Position numbers and translations under genes: made by a program
Part shown: positions 37,116-47,550 of the stretch, piece after piece
Position numbering within the stretch: position 1 is the stretch's first letter
How the letters are laid out: the number at the start of each line of letters is the position of its first letter
Origin: Vicinamibacteria bacterium
GTDB taxonomy: Bacteria; Acidobacteriota; Vicinamibacteria; Marinacidobacterales; Marinacidobacteraceae
NCBI GenBank assembly: GCA_963668695.2
Contig: CAXXLQ010000004.1
Location: 2,875,187 to 2,939,186, forward strand
Reading direction: 5' to 3'
DNA: 64,000 nucleotides
The notes under the pieces: model-generated
The model's input: only the letters and a program-made list of their open reading frames with translations
Database searches by the model: none
Told to the model about the DNA's origin: nothing

Positions 37116-38321
37116 ATGACATCCACCCCTGCATCGGACCGTGTCTTGATATTCGACACGACGCTCCGGGACGGCGAACAGTCACCGGGCTGCAGCATGG
37201 GTCTCGAAGGCAAGCTTCGGATGGCTCGGCAGCTCGCGCGACTTAGGGTGGACATCCTGGAGGCGGGTTTTCCAGCGGTGTCAGAGGGAGACCACGAAGC
37301 GGTGCAGGCGATTGCGCGGGAGGTCGAAGGGCCCCGCATCGCGGCTCTCGCCCGCTGCGTGCCGGGTGACATCGAGGCGGCCTGGGACGCGCTCCGCGAT
37401 GCGCCGCGGTCCCGGCTCCACATTTTCCTCGCGACGAGCGCCCTCCACCGCGAATTCAAGCTCCGGATGGCGAAGCGCGAGATCGTGCGCCGTACCGCCG
37501 AGTCGGTCGCGGCCGCGCGGGAACTCACCGAGGATGTGGAGTTCTCCCCGGAGGACGGCTCGCGCACCGAACCGGATTTCCTGGCCGAAGTGGTAGAGAC
37601 GGCGATCGAGGCCGGCGCTTCGACGGTCAACATCCCGGACACGGTCGGCTACACGATGCCCGCCGAGTTCAGTGCCCTGATCGGTCACCTGCGCCGGACG
37701 GTCCCGAATATCGGCAAAGCGGTTATCAGTGTGCACTGCCACAACGACCTCGGGATGGCGGTCGCGAACAGTCTCGCGGCGGTCGGCACCGGCGCCCGCC
37801 AGGTCGAGTGCACGGTGAACGGTATCGGGGAGCGGGCGGGGAACGCCTCCCTGGAGGAAGTGGTGATGAGCCTCCGCACCCGGCGCGACCTCTTCACCGT
37901 CACCACCGGGATTGACACCCGCGAGATCTTCCCGTCCAGCCGGTTGCTCTCCGAGATCACCGGAATGGTGGTGCAGCGGAACAAGGCCATCGTGGGGCAA
38001 AACGCATTCGCCCACGAGGCAGGTATCCATCAGCACGGAGTGCTGCGGAATCGCGCCACCTACGAAATCATGCATCCGCACGACGTGGGGGTGGCCGGCA
38101 ACGTCCTGGTTCTCGGTAAACACAGCGGCCGGCATGCCCTCCGGGCGCGGCTGGGCGAGCTCGGCTTCGCGCCGCAGGACAGCGAGCTGGACGCGATCTT
38201 CCGCGATTTCAAGCGGCTTGCGGACCGAATCCGGGAAGTTGACGACGCGGATCTCACGGCCCTCATGGGGCAGCGAGCGGTGGGAAGATCGGACCGATCG
38301 GCAGCCTCTCGGCCAAACTGA
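37116..38321 (+). CDS. leuA: 2-isopropylmalate synthase / citramalate synthase, short form lacking the C-terminal regulatory domain
   Basis: [31 protein letters not shown], and [18 protein letters not shown]. 401 aa. Confidence 0.85.
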   Translation: MTSTPASDRVLIFDTTLRDGEQSPGCSMGLEGKLRMARQLARLRVDILEAGFPAVSEGDHEAVQAIAREVEGPRIAALARCVPGDIEAAWDALRDAPRSRLHIFLATSALHREFKLRMAKREIVRRTAESVAAARELTEDVEFSPEDGSRTEPDFLAEVVETAIEAGASTVNIPDTVGYTMPAEFSALIGHLRRTVPNIGKAVISVHCHNDLGMAVANSLAAVGTGARQVECTVNGIGERAGNASLEEVVMSLRTRRDLFTVTTGIDTREIFPSSRLLSEITGMVVQRNKAIVGQNAFAHEAGIHQHGVLRNRATYEIMHPHDVGVAGNVLVLGKHSGRHALRARLGELGFAPQDSELDAIFRDFKRLADRIREVDDADLTALMGQRAVGRSDRSAASRPN

Positions 38322-38397
38322 AACGGGACCTGAAGCCGCCCGCACGGGCAGGAAACGCCTCCCCCGGACGGCCGGAGTCGGTTAGGCTCCCCGCCGC

Positions 38398-38937
38398 TTG
38401 TCCGTCAAGACCGCGGGGCTCCGCGCCACCCTCGAAAAACGTCCGCTGAAAGTACTGTCACGACTCGCTCAACTGGAAGATCCAGGCGAGTTGCCGGCGG
38501 TGCTTGGCCCGCTGGTAGCGAAGCGCCATCCCTTCGCCGCCTACCGGAAGGCCGCCCGCGAACTCGTCGCCGAGCGGGCGGAGGCGCGTGCGCGCCGACT
38601 GGGCGAGCCGCAGCTCTCGGAAACCGAGCAGGCGGCGCTCCGCGGCGCCGGGAGCCGGCTTCTTGGCCTGTCGAGCGGCGCTTCGCCACTTGCCGGCTTC
38701 TCCGACGAAGCGCTCGAAGCGGTGCGCCAGGAGCGTGATCCGGGCCGGGTCGCCGAGCGTCTCGGGGAACTGGATCCGGAGGGCGCCTGGGACCAGGTGC
38801 CGCGCATGGGGCTTCTGAACGGATTGGTCCTGGTGGCGGTATCCTCGGAGCAGGAGCGGCGCTGGCGGCTGAAAGAGGTGGAGAACCGGTCGCGCGTCCG
38901 CCGCAATCGCGACACCGACGGAGGCGCCGGTCGATGA
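38398..38937 (+). CDS. hypothetical protein inside the leu operon
   Basis: TTG start. Stop overlaps the leuC ATG (ATGA). Charged, helical-looking sequence with no recognisable motif. Confidence 0.4.
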   Translation: MSVKTAGLRATLEKRPLKVLSRLAQLEDPGELPAVLGPLVAKRHPFAAYRKAARELVAERAEARARRLGEPQLSETEQAALRGAGSRLLGLSSGASPLAGFSDEALEAVRQERDPGRVAERLGELDPEGAWDQVPRMGLLNGLVLVAVSSEQERRWRLKEVENRSRVRRNRDTDGGAGR

Positions 38938-40334
38938 CGAGCCCGCGAACCCTCTTCGACAAGATCTGGGGCACCCACGAGGTCACTCCCGCCGGTCCCG
39001 ATCATCCGGCGGTGATCTACGTGGATACCCATCTGATCCACGAGGTGACGTCGCCGCAGGCGTTCTCCCTGCTCCGGGATCGAGGGCTCGCGGTCCGGCG
39101 GCCGGGTCGAACCTGGGCCACGGTGGATCACTCGATTCCGACCCGTTTCATCGCCGGGGAACCGGCGTTTCTGAATCAGGCCACCCGAAACCAGGTCGCG
39201 ACGCTCGAGCAGAACTGCGAGGAGCACGGGATTCCGCTGTTCCGAATGGGGGATCCGGGTCAGGGAATCGTCCATGTCATCGGCCCCGAACTCGGACTCA
39301 CGCAGCCGGGACGGACGATCGTGTGCGGGGACAGCCACACGAGCACCCACGGCGCCTTCGGCGCCTGGGCCTTCGGCATCGGGACCACCGAGGTGGCGCA
39401 GGTTCTCGCCACCCAGTGCCTGCTGCAGGAGCGTCCCCGCACCCTGGGAATCGAGATTTCCGGCCGGCTCGCCGCCGGCGTCTCGGCCAAGGACCTGATC
39501 CTGGGTCTGATCCGGCGGTTCGGAGTCGCTGCCGGGAGTGGGCACGTGATCGAGTACCGCGGCGCGGCGATCCGGGCGCTCGACATGGAAGGGCGCATGA
39601 CCGTCTGCAACATGTCCATCGAGGCGGGCGCGCGCGCCGGCCTGATCGCCCCCGACGAGACCACCTTCGACTACCTCGAGGGGAAGGAGCATGTTCCGGA
39701 CGGCGAGGCGTTTCGGGATCTGGTGGCTGACTGGCGGCGGCTGCCGACCGACGACGAGGCCGAGTTCGACCGTTCGCTCTCCTTCGACGCCGGCGCGCTC
39801 GAGCCCATGATCACCTGGGGTACGAACCCGGGGATGTCCTGCGGGGTCTCCGAAGCCATCCCCGAACCCGAAAGTGCCGAGGAGCGGGCGGCGCTCGAGT
39901 ACATGGGTATCGAGGCCGGGCGTCCGCTGCTCGGCCGCCCGGCGGACGTGGTTTTCATCGGCAGTTGTACGAACGCCCGGATCTCCGACCTGCGCGCCGC
40001 CGCCCGGGTGCTCAGCGGTCGTCGCACCAACCCGGCGACTCGGGTCCTGGTCGTCCCCGGTTCCGCCAAGGTGCGGCGCCAGGCGGAGGCGGAAGGACTC
40101 GACGAGGTGTTTCGCAGCGCCGGGGCAGAATGGCGGGCGCCGGGCTGCTCCATGTGCATTGCCATGAACGGGGACCTGCTGTCGCCGCACGAACTCGCGG
40201 TCTCCACCTCGAACCGCAATTTCGAGGGTCGGCAGGGGCCCGGGGGACGGACGGTCCTCGCGTCGCCGGTGACTGCGGCGGCTTCGGCGCTTGCCGGAGC
40301 GGTTGCCGACCCGAGACCTTTCCTCACCCGCTGA
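38934..40334 (+). CDS. leuC: 3-isopropylmalate dehydratase large subunit
   Basis: [41 protein letters not shown], and CSMCIAMN (Fe-S Cys ligands). Confidence 0.95.
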   Translation: MTSPRTLFDKIWGTHEVTPAGPDHPAVIYVDTHLIHEVTSPQAFSLLRDRGLAVRRPGRTWATVDHSIPTRFIAGEPAFLNQATRNQVATLEQNCEEHGIPLFRMGDPGQGIVHVIGPELGLTQPGRTIVCGDSHTSTHGAFGAWAFGIGTTEVAQVLATQCLLQERPRTLGIEISGRLAAGVSAKDLILGLIRRFGVAAGSGHVIEYRGAAIRALDMEGRMTVCNMSIEAGARAGLIAPDETTFDYLEGKEHVPDGEAFRDLVADWRRLPTDDEAEFDRSLSFDAGALEPMITWGTNPGMSCGVSEAIPEPESAEERAALEYMGIEAGRPLLGRPADVVFIGSCTNARISDLRAAARVLSGRRTNPATRVLVVPGSAKVRRQAEAEGLDEVFRSAGAEWRAPGCSMCIAMNGDLLSPHELAVSTSNRNFEGRQGPGGRTVLASPVTAAASALAGAVADPRPFLTR

Positions 40335-40354
40335 AGAGGAAGAGAGGAATCGGC

Positions 40355-40969
40355 ATGGACCCAGTCGTTCGAATCGCTTCGCGCACCGTGTTGCTCGACG
40401 CCGACAACGTGGATACCGATCAGATCATTCCCGCCCGCTTCCTGACCGTGATCTGCCGGGACGGGCTCGGGCCGGGACTGTTCGCCGACTGGCGGCGCGA
40501 CGCCGGAGGCGCGTTGCGCCAGGATTTTCCCCTCAACCGTCCCGAGGCTGAAGGTGCCCGCATCCTGGTCGCGGGGGCCAACTTCGGGTGCGGTTCGTCG
40601 CGCGAACACGCGCCCTGGGCGCTCACCGACCACGGATTCGCCGCCGTGGTGAGTCCCTCGATCGCGGACATCTTCAAGGGGAATGCGGTCCGGAACGGGC
40701 TCGTGCCGGCGGAAATAGGACCGGCGGCGCACGCGGCGCTGGTGGCTCAGCTCCGGGCCGATCCGGGGGCGGACCTCGTGATTGACGTGGCGGCGGGAAC
40801 CGTGACCCTTCCGGACGGTGGAACGGCCGGCTTCCGGCTGTCTCCGTTCGCGCGCCGGTGCCTTTTGACCGGGTTGGGGCCTCTGGACTTCCTGCTCGAA
40901 CAAGAGCCCGCGATCGGGCGCTACGAGGAAGGCACCGAACACCCCGGCGCGCCGGGCCCATCCCGTTGA
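40355..40969 (+). CDS. leuD: 3-isopropylmalate dehydratase small subunit
   Basis: NVDTDQIIPARFL and GANFGCGSSREHAPWAL. Preceded by AGAGGAA. Confidence 0.93.
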   Translation: MDPVVRIASRTVLLDADNVDTDQIIPARFLTVICRDGLGPGLFADWRRDAGGALRQDFPLNRPEAEGARILVAGANFGCGSSREHAPWALTDHGFAAVVSPSIADIFKGNAVRNGLVPAEIGPAAHAALVAQLRADPGADLVIDVAAGTVTLPDGGTAGFRLSPFARRCLLTGLGPLDFLLEQEPAIGRYEEGTEHPGAPGPSR

Positions 40970-41535
40970 GCGGCCTGCGACGCTGTGGCTGGGCCGAGGG
41001 CACGTTCCCTGCGTACGTGCGTTACCACGACGAGGAATGGGGCCTGCCGGTGCGCGAGGACCGCACGCAGTTCGAGTTCCTCGTCCTCGAGTCCGCCCAG
41101 GCCGGCCTGAGCTGGGCCACGATCCTGAAACGCCGCGAGGGCTACCGGAAAGCGTTTGCCGGCTTCGATCCGGACCGGGTTTCCCGTTTCCGGAGGCCGC
41201 GCATCGAGGGACTCGTCCAGAACCCGGCAATCATCCGCAACCGCGCGAAGGTCGAGGCCGCGGTGAACAACGCCAAGCGTTTTCTGGAAGTGCAGCAGGA
41301 GTTCGGCAGCTTCAGCACCTACATCTGGGGTTTCGTCGGGGGTTCTCCCCAGGTCAGCCGCTGGGAGCGGGACGATGAGGTGCCAACGACCTCGGGCGAA
41401 TCCACGGCTCTCGCGAAAGACATGAAGGTGCGCGGGTTCCGGTACGTTGGGAGCACGATCCTCTACGCTCACATGCAGGCCACCGGACTCGTGAACGACC
41501 ACCTGGTCTCGTGTTTTCGGCACCGGGAGGTTTAG
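40966..41535 (+). CDS. tag: DNA-3-methyladenine glycosylase I
   Basis: RCGWA, YHDEEWG, and LESAQAGLSWATIL. TTGA overlap with leuD. The TAG stop is the first 3 nt of repeat R4. Confidence 0.85.
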   Translation: MSGLRRCGWAEGTFPAYVRYHDEEWGLPVREDRTQFEFLVLESAQAGLSWATILKRREGYRKAFAGFDPDRVSRFRRPRIEGLVQNPAIIRNRAKVEAAVNNAKRFLEVQQEFGSFSTYIWGFVGGSPQVSRWERDDEVPTTSGESTALAKDMKVRGFRYVGSTILYAHMQATGLVNDHLVSCFRHREV

Positions 41536-41822
41536 CAGCCGGTGGTGAAACCCAGGCGGCGTTCGGCCAGCGATCCATCCCGGCCAAACAGCCGGTAATG
41601 AAACCCGCGCGGCGTTCGGCGGCGATCCATCCCGGCCAAACAGCCTGTAGTGAAACCCGCGCGGCGTTCGGCGGCGATCCATCCCGGCTGAACCGCGTCG
41701 CTGCGCGCCGCTCGTCGTTGCGTTTCGGTCGAAATACACTCGGTATTCCTCGCTCACGCGCCTTGTCAGCCGGGCGCCTCGCCACTCTCGGCGCTCACGC
41801 CACTTTGCCCACAGGCTGCTAG
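41533..41822. repeat. Mosaic MITE/REP-like element locus R4 (three ~53-nt terminal sub-modules plus core, reverse orientation)
   Basis: TAGCAGCCGGTGGTGAAACCC.. with sub-modules starting at 41536, 41589 and 41641. The core follows, ending ..CACTTTGCCCACAGGCTGCTAG. Confidence 0.88.
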
Positions 41823-41935
41823 GGGCGCCGGTTCTCAGACCGGCATCGCCCCGCCAGGCGGGACGATGCCGGCTAGGGCCGGTCTGCGTGAGTGTGGTTC
41901 CCGGGAATGAGAGCGGTAGGCTTCCGAGCGTGCGA

Positions 41936-43111
41936 ATGCAGCGCATGCCTTCGGAAAAATGGTTTCTTCCGGGGTTCGGACTTCTCGCGGCCGCGGTCCT
42001 GTTGACCCTTTCCTGCGGGGGCGGGGAGAACGGCGGTACGCCGGTTGCTCCCACAACGCCGCGGCCCCCGCCGCGTCAGCTCACCGGCCTTGAAGTCTTC
42101 GTCGAACGGACACAAATCCGGGTGGGGCAGGCGGTTGGACCGCTGGTGGCATACGGACAATACGACGACGGCACCACCGGGAGCGTGAACGCCACCTGGA
42201 CCTCCTCCGATCCGGCGGTGGCCGAGGTGGCCGAAGACGGGATCGTGACCGGAGTGAGCGCGGGAGTTGTTGAAATCAACGCCACCTTCGAGAGTTTCAC
42301 CGAGACGGTCGACTTCGAGGTGGACGGGCCCAACCCCCGGAATACCCGGGATCAACCGGATGACACCTCCGGTCCGCAGATCCATGTGGTGTACGCCTTG
42401 CCGAGCGATGTCGAGGATGGCAACCTCGACCGCTACGGGGATATCGCGAGGTCCTTTGCAGCGATCCAGAACTGGTTGAGCGAAGACATCGGGTACCGCT
42501 TGTTGCTTGACACCTACGGCGGTGATCTTGACGTGACCTTCCTCCGTCTCCCGTTCACCCATCAGGAGGGAGATGGACGAAGCGGGAGCTTGGTGTTCGA
42601 TCTCGAACAGGCGATCAGGGACAGTATCGGGATCGCTCCGAACAAGATTTACGCGGTGTACTACGGGGGGCGGTCCGCGGGAGTCTGCGGAAGCGCCAAC
42701 CTCGGAGGCCCCGTGGGAGCCGTCTATGTGCACCGCGACGGATGCAGCAACAGCTCCCCGGGGATGGATCCGGAGGTGGCTTCCACCTACGAGGGGGTGA
42801 TGGTGCACGAATTGCTGCACGTCTACGGCGCGGTCGCCCCCTGCGCACCCCACCAGGGAGGTGGGGCCCACGTGCAAGACGATCCCGCGGACGTGATGTA
42901 CGCGGGAACCGAAAGGGAGCCTCGCGCTGAGGCGGTAGTCGACGTCGGACGCGACGACTATTTCGGGCACGGCCGGGCGGACTGCCTCGACACGGCGAAC
43001 AGCCGCTTCTGGGAGCGGGTGGAATCCCGGCGGGCCTGGTCGCCTGGCAGAAGAAGCTCGCACGTCGATATTCCGGTCGCCGACTGGCCCCTCCGCTGCG
43101 AACTGCACTGA
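41936..43111 (+). CDS. Lipoprotein with Big_2 (Ig-like) domain and a putative HExxH metalloprotease-like domain
   Basis: Lipobox LLTLSCGG. Big_2-like ATWTSSDPAVAEVAEDGIVTGVSAGVVEINA. Later VMVHELLHVYG. Confidence 0.65.
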   Translation: MQRMPSEKWFLPGFGLLAAAVLLTLSCGGGENGGTPVAPTTPRPPPRQLTGLEVFVERTQIRVGQAVGPLVAYGQYDDGTTGSVNATWTSSDPAVAEVAEDGIVTGVSAGVVEINATFESFTETVDFEVDGPNPRNTRDQPDDTSGPQIHVVYALPSDVEDGNLDRYGDIARSFAAIQNWLSEDIGYRLLLDTYGGDLDVTFLRLPFTHQEGDGRSGSLVFDLEQAIRDSIGIAPNKIYAVYYGGRSAGVCGSANLGGPVGAVYVHRDGCSNSSPGMDPEVASTYEGVMVHELLHVYGAVAPCAPHQGGGAHVQDDPADVMYAGTEREPRAEAVVDVGRDDYFGHGRADCLDTANSRFWERVESRRAWSPGRRSSHVDIPVADWPLRCELH

Positions 43112-43161
43112 CCGGGGCGCGTCGGTCGCGCTGCCAGCCCGCCGGCGCTTCGGTTTCGGTC

Positions 43162-44278
43162 ATGCCCCGGACTGCGCTCATCGTCGGCGCGGGGATCGGA
43201 GGCCTTTCGGCAGCCATCGCGCTCCGGCAGGCGGGTTGGAATGTCCGGATCCACGAACGGGCAGCGTCGAAGCGGGAACTCGGATTCGGACTCCTCCTGG
43301 CTCCGAACGCGATGGCGGCTCTCGGGCGCCTCGGCGTCGCCGGTGCGGTACTCGAGCAGGGATTCGCTCCGACCCTTGGCGAGGTGCGGCGGATGGACGG
43401 GACGCTTCTGAAGCGAACCGAATTTCCGTCCCCGGAAGTGCTTGGTGGGCCGACAGTGGTGGCGCTACGCCCCGCTCTCTTCGATGTCTTGCTCGATGCG
43501 GTTCCGGGTGACGTGCTCCAGCTCGGGAGTGAGGTCACCGAGTTTCGGGAGACAGCAGGCCGGGTGGTTCTTCGGACAGCCGGGGGCGACGATGAAGGAG
43601 ACTTGCTCGTGGGCGCGGACGGCGTCGGATCCGTCGTTCGTCGCCTGCTCCATCCGGCGCAGCCGCCGCCCCAATCGAGCGGCATCATCGCCGTCCGGGG
43701 GATTGCGTGGGATGCAATCGGCCGTCTTGGACCGCTGTCCGGCATCTCCTACCTCGGCCCGGGCGTCGAATCGTTCCTGGCCCGAGCAAGTGACACCCGG
43801 ATCTACTGGGCGCTTTCCCTGGCGCGGGAACTGGTTCCGGAGAAACCCGGGATCCCGCCGAAATACTGGCGCTGATGTCTCCCCGATTCGATGCGGACTT
43901 TCGCGCCGTGACGTCCGCAACCGAAGAAATGCGCTGTGACGAACTGGTGGACCGCGAGCCGCTCCCGTTCTGGGGAGAAGGCGCCGTCACGCTGCTCGGC
44001 GATGCGGCGCATCCACTACTGCCACACACTGGCCAGGGTGCCGCCCAAGCGATCGTCGACGCTGTCTCCCTGGCGCGCGCACTGGGTTGGGACGCAAGAC
44101 TCGAGGACGCCCTGAGGTCCTACGAACGGGAGCGGCGAAAGAGGACCGGGGTTCGCGTGGGCCAGGGGCGCCGGACGGCGCGCCTCATGCGGGCGACGAA
44201 TCCGCTCCTCTGCCGGATCCGGGAAGAAACGGTGCGGCGGATACCTGCGACCCTGCTGGTGAAGTTGTTTGCGAGGCT
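43162..44278 (+). pseudogene. FAD-dependent monooxygenase (UbiH/salicylate hydroxylase-like), split by a 1-nt frameshift near 43850 and lacking a stop before repeat R5
   Basis: IVGAGIGGLSAA (GxGxxG) and LVGADGVGSVVR in frame 1. LLGDAAHPLLPHTGQGAAQAI in frame 3. Both frames are open across 43794-43875, around the run AAACCCGGGATCCC. Confidence 0.7.
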
Positions 44279-44550
44279 TGACAGCCGGTGGTGGGACCCA
44301 CGCGACGTTCGGCCGGCGATCCATCCCGGCGAAACAGCCTGTAATGGAACCCGCGCGGCGTTCGGCCGGCGATCCATCCCGGCTGAACCGCGTCGCTACG
44401 CGCCGCGCATCGTTGCGTTTCGGTCGAAATACACTCGGTATTCCTCCCTCACGCGCCTTGTCAGCCGGGCCCCCACCGGGAGAACTGGCCCCACCGGGAG
44501 AACTGGGCCTCGCCGGCCTCGGCGCTCGCGCGGGTCCCACCACCGGCTGT
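44279..44550. repeat. Mosaic MITE/REP-like element locus R5
   Basis: TGACAGCCGGTGGTGGGACCC.. sub-modules, the core (GGCTGAACCGCGTCGCTACGCG..CTTGTCAGCC), tandem CCCACCGGGAGAACTGGCC modules, then ..GGGTCCCACCACCGGCTGT. Confidence 0.85.
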
Positions 44551-44694
44551 GGACCGGCGAGCCGGAACCGATTCCTCGGCCCAGTGACGCGCTCTTCGCT
44601 TCGAGTTTTCCACAGAGCCTGCCCTCGGCGGGAATTTCGCAGTCCCTCTTCCGTCTGAGGGAGTGTGCGCAGTCTTGTCAGATGGAGACGCTCC

Positions 44695-45846
44695 GTGACC
44701 GGGCTCGGGGTGGACTTCGGGTCTTCGGGAGTCAAGGCGGTAGCACTTTCCAGCGACGGCAGCGGCCTGACCCTCCTCGGAGCCGGACGCGAGGCGCTCG
44801 AACCGGGGGCTGTCCAGGACGGCGCGATCCGGGACCCCGACCCCGTCGGTGCGGCGCTCGGCCGCCTTCTCGCACGACTGGGGGTCCGTTGTCGTCGGGT
44901 GGCTCTTTCGATCGGCGGCAGTTCGGTCCTCGTCAAGAGGTTCCCGGCGCCGGCCGAAGCGGCCCTGTCCGGCAAGGCAGGGGACGGGTTCCGCGACGCT
45001 GTTGCACGGGAAGCGGCCCGACACGTTCCGTTCCATCTCGAATCCCTCGAGTTCGACTACGAGGGGCCGCTGCCGGCACTGGCGGAGCCGGTGCCCGGAG
45101 AGCCTGCTCGAAGGGAGCGCGGGGCCATCGTGTTTGGCGCCGCGCCGCGCGAGACGGTCGACAACCACTGTCGGGCCGTGACCGCGGCCGGGCGGCAGGT
45201 GACCCGGATCGAACTCGAACCCTACGCGCTCTATGCAGCGGCGGGCCTTACAACTTCGCTCACCTCTCCGGATCGGGAACCCAGCGCCCTGGCCATCGTG
45301 GAGATCGGTGCGTCGCGGGCCGGGGTGCATGTCTTCGGGGGCTCTCCTCCTCCCCATCGCCTGATCCGGGGTAACCATTCCGCGCCGGACCCCGGGGCCG
45401 GTGCGGGCGCGCCTGGCGACCTCCTGGCCAGCATCCCGGCACCCGGAGCGGGGGCACGGGAGGTGGATCGGCCGCCGTTGGATGCGGCCCCTCAATTCGC
45501 ACCGGCCGGCCGCGCCGGTCATTCCGAGCGTCAGGAAACGGGCTGGCCGGGACGCCCTACGGACGACGCGGACGTGTTCTGGAACCGCATTGTGGCGACG
45601 GCACGGGAGGCGCTCCGAGAGGCGGACCCGCGCGGTGGGGTTCGGTTGTGCGTAAGCGGCGGCGGAGCGGGCCTGCCCGGAATGCGCGCCCGGCTGGAGG
45701 AACTCGAATTGGGCAAACCCGTGGTCCTCAATCCGTTGGGGCAACTGGGCTCAGGGGACGGGGAGCCGGCGTTCTCGGTCGCAGCCGGTCTCGCCTATCA
45801 ACAGATTCTTGATCTGACGGGACCTGCAAACGGACGTCGCTCATGA
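44695..45846 (+). CDS. pilM: type IV pilus assembly protein PilM (actin-like ATPase fold) with low-complexity insertion
   Basis: GLGVDFGSSGVKAVAL N-terminus. Position directly upstream of pilN/O/P/Q. Start 44665 or 44695 (both GTG). Confidence 0.75.
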   Translation: MTGLGVDFGSSGVKAVALSSDGSGLTLLGAGREALEPGAVQDGAIRDPDPVGAALGRLLARLGVRCRRVALSIGGSSVLVKRFPAPAEAALSGKAGDGFRDAVAREAARHVPFHLESLEFDYEGPLPALAEPVPGEPARRERGAIVFGAAPRETVDNHCRAVTAAGRQVTRIELEPYALYAAAGLTTSLTSPDREPSALAIVEIGASRAGVHVFGGSPPPHRLIRGNHSAPDPGAGAGAPGDLLASIPAPGAGAREVDRPPLDAAPQFAPAGRAGHSERQETGWPGRPTDDADVFWNRIVATAREALREADPRGGVRLCVSGGGAGLPGMRARLEELELGKPVVLNPLGQLGSGDGEPAFSVAAGLAYQQILDLTGPANGRRS

Positions 45847-46463
45847 ATCTCCTGCCGGCGGAAGCCCGTCAAGGTCGAATGCTCGGAAAGCGCGCCGGTG
45901 CCTCTGCCCACGTTCGGATTTTTTGGGGCACGCTGCCCATCGCCCTGACGCTGGCGATGATTGGGCTCGACGTGAATGTCCTGCGTACGCGCCTTCAAGG
46001 CGCCCGCTCCGACCGGGACCGTCTGGGGACCCTGATCGCCGAACGGGAGGGGCTGGAGGAGCGTCTCGTGGCGGATCGGGAACGGCTTCGGCAACTGCGC
46101 GTGGCCGAAGGGCGCCTGGCGCGCTGGGACGAAGAGCGGTTTCTACTGCCGGAGCTCCTGCGGGGGCTCTCGGTCGCGGTTCCGGATGCGGTCGTTCTCG
46201 AAGAGGTCCGTCGGGAAGGCCCGGATTTCCGGGTGACCGGGCGCGGGGATTCGGCGTCCGTGGTCGCCAAGGCGGTGGACGCCCTTTCCGGGATGGAGCG
46301 AGTGCGCGATCTGGAGTTGCTCTGGGTCGAGCGGGTGGACGGAGCGGCCGGCGTGGAGGAGCAGCGATTCGCGCTCGCGGGCTCGCTTCGCTTCGCGTCG
46401 CGGGAACCTCAGCCGTTCGAGACGGTTGAGGCCGCACCGCGGGACCGGGAGCGTTATCGGTGA
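45843..46463 (+). CDS. pilN: type IV pilus assembly protein PilN
   Basis: MNLLP start, single TM, coiled-coil, ATGA overlap with pilM. Position in the pilMNOPQ order. Confidence 0.75.
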   Translation: MNLLPAEARQGRMLGKRAGASAHVRIFWGTLPIALTLAMIGLDVNVLRTRLQGARSDRDRLGTLIAEREGLEERLVADRERLRQLRVAEGRLARWDEERFLLPELLRGLSVAVPDAVVLEEVRREGPDFRVTGRGDSASVVAKAVDALSGMERVRDLELLWVERVDGAAGVEEQRFALAGSLRFASREPQPFETVEAAPRDRERYR

Positions 46464-47095
46464 GTTGGATGTCTTCCTGGTGGGCGGTGCTTGGGCCTTT
46501 CGTGACGACGGGTCTCGTCGTTTATGGCGCCTTTCGGTTCGCGGTTCGGCCAGGAATGGTTGCGGAACTCAAACGCGTCGAGGATCAGGTGGCGGAGTTG
46601 AGGGTGCGAGTTGCTACGGACGGGGCGGAGGGTTCGGATCCCGACATCGAGGGATCCGCCGAAGTCGCCGAGGAACTGGTTCGAACCCAGGAGCGGGTCA
46701 CGGCCCTGGCGGGCATCCTGGCGACTCCGAGGGAAGCCGAGGCCGTTCTGGAATCGCTCGGCTTCATGGCCTCGGAGTCGGGAGTCCGATTTCTGCGCTT
46801 TGCGCCGGAACCCGAGTACCGATTGGACGGATATCTTGCCCGCGCCGCTTCGGTGGTGGCCGAAGGGGCGTTCTTCGAAGTCCTGGACTTCTTCGAACGG
46901 GTTTCGCTCTCGCCCCATTTGGTCCTGGTCGAGGACGCTGGGCTCGAGCTGGGCCCGGGCGGCGTCATTCGCTGCCGCTTCGTGGCCGTTACCGTGCGGG
47001 TCGCCGGAGTCGGGCTCGGCTCGCGGCACGAATCAGCCCCGGTCGCGACCGGGGCCGATGCGGCAGGCCTGGGTGGCGGAGAGTCCGGATGCTGA
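46460..47095 (+). CDS. pilO: type IV pilus assembly protein PilO
   Basis: N-terminal TM, coiled-coil, then the ferredoxin-like part FLRFAPEPEYRLDGY. Operon position. Confidence 0.7.
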   Translation: MSWMSSWWAVLGPFVTTGLVVYGAFRFAVRPGMVAELKRVEDQVAELRVRVATDGAEGSDPDIEGSAEVAEELVRTQERVTALAGILATPREAEAVLESLGFMASESGVRFLRFAPEPEYRLDGYLARAASVVAEGAFFEVLDFFERVSLSPHLVLVEDAGLELGPGGVIRCRFVAVTVRVAGVGLGSRHESAPVATGADAAGLGGGESGC

Positions 47096-47550
47096 ATGGT
47101 GCATCGCTCCGGAGAGGAGCCCTGATCCTCTTGCTTGTCGGACTTCCCGGGTTCGCGGAGGGTCGCGAGGGAGGCCCGGCGCATCGCTCGCAGGTCCGGA
47201 GAACGCGCGAGGAGCGAGTTCGCGATCCATTTCAAAAGCCGGCTGAGGGGCCCGACACGGCGCGCCCTCCCGGACTTGCCGGCATCGGGATCATGGAAGC
47301 GGTGGTTCGGGGGATCGTGCGCTACCAGGAGCCCTCGGGCGGCGAAGAGGAGACCGGAGCATCCGGCTACGCGATTCTCGAGTCACGATCCGGAGGGGGA
47401 TTCGTTGCCGCGCCGGGAGGTCGTCTCCTGGACGGAGTTTTGGGCGAGATCGTGGACGGCGGAGTCATTTTCTGGCTTGAAGGCGATCCGCACCGCCCCG
47501 TTCATCGGCCCCTCGCGGCGCCAGGGGCGGATCCCCCGGAGGTCCGATGA
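47089..47550 (+). CDS. pilP: PilP-like pilus assembly protein
   Basis: Signal-like N-terminus, DPF motif (RVRDPFQKP), and a C-terminal beta-rich domain. Lies between pilO and pilQ. In frame with the tail of ORF 46426..47550. Confidence 0.6.
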   Translation: MLNGASLRRGALILLLVGLPGFAEGREGGPAHRSQVRRTREERVRDPFQKPAEGPDTARPPGLAGIGIMEAVVRGIVRYQEPSGGEEETGASGYAILESRSGGGFVAAPGGRLLDGVLGEIVDGGVIFWLEGDPHRPVHRPLAAPGADPPEVR

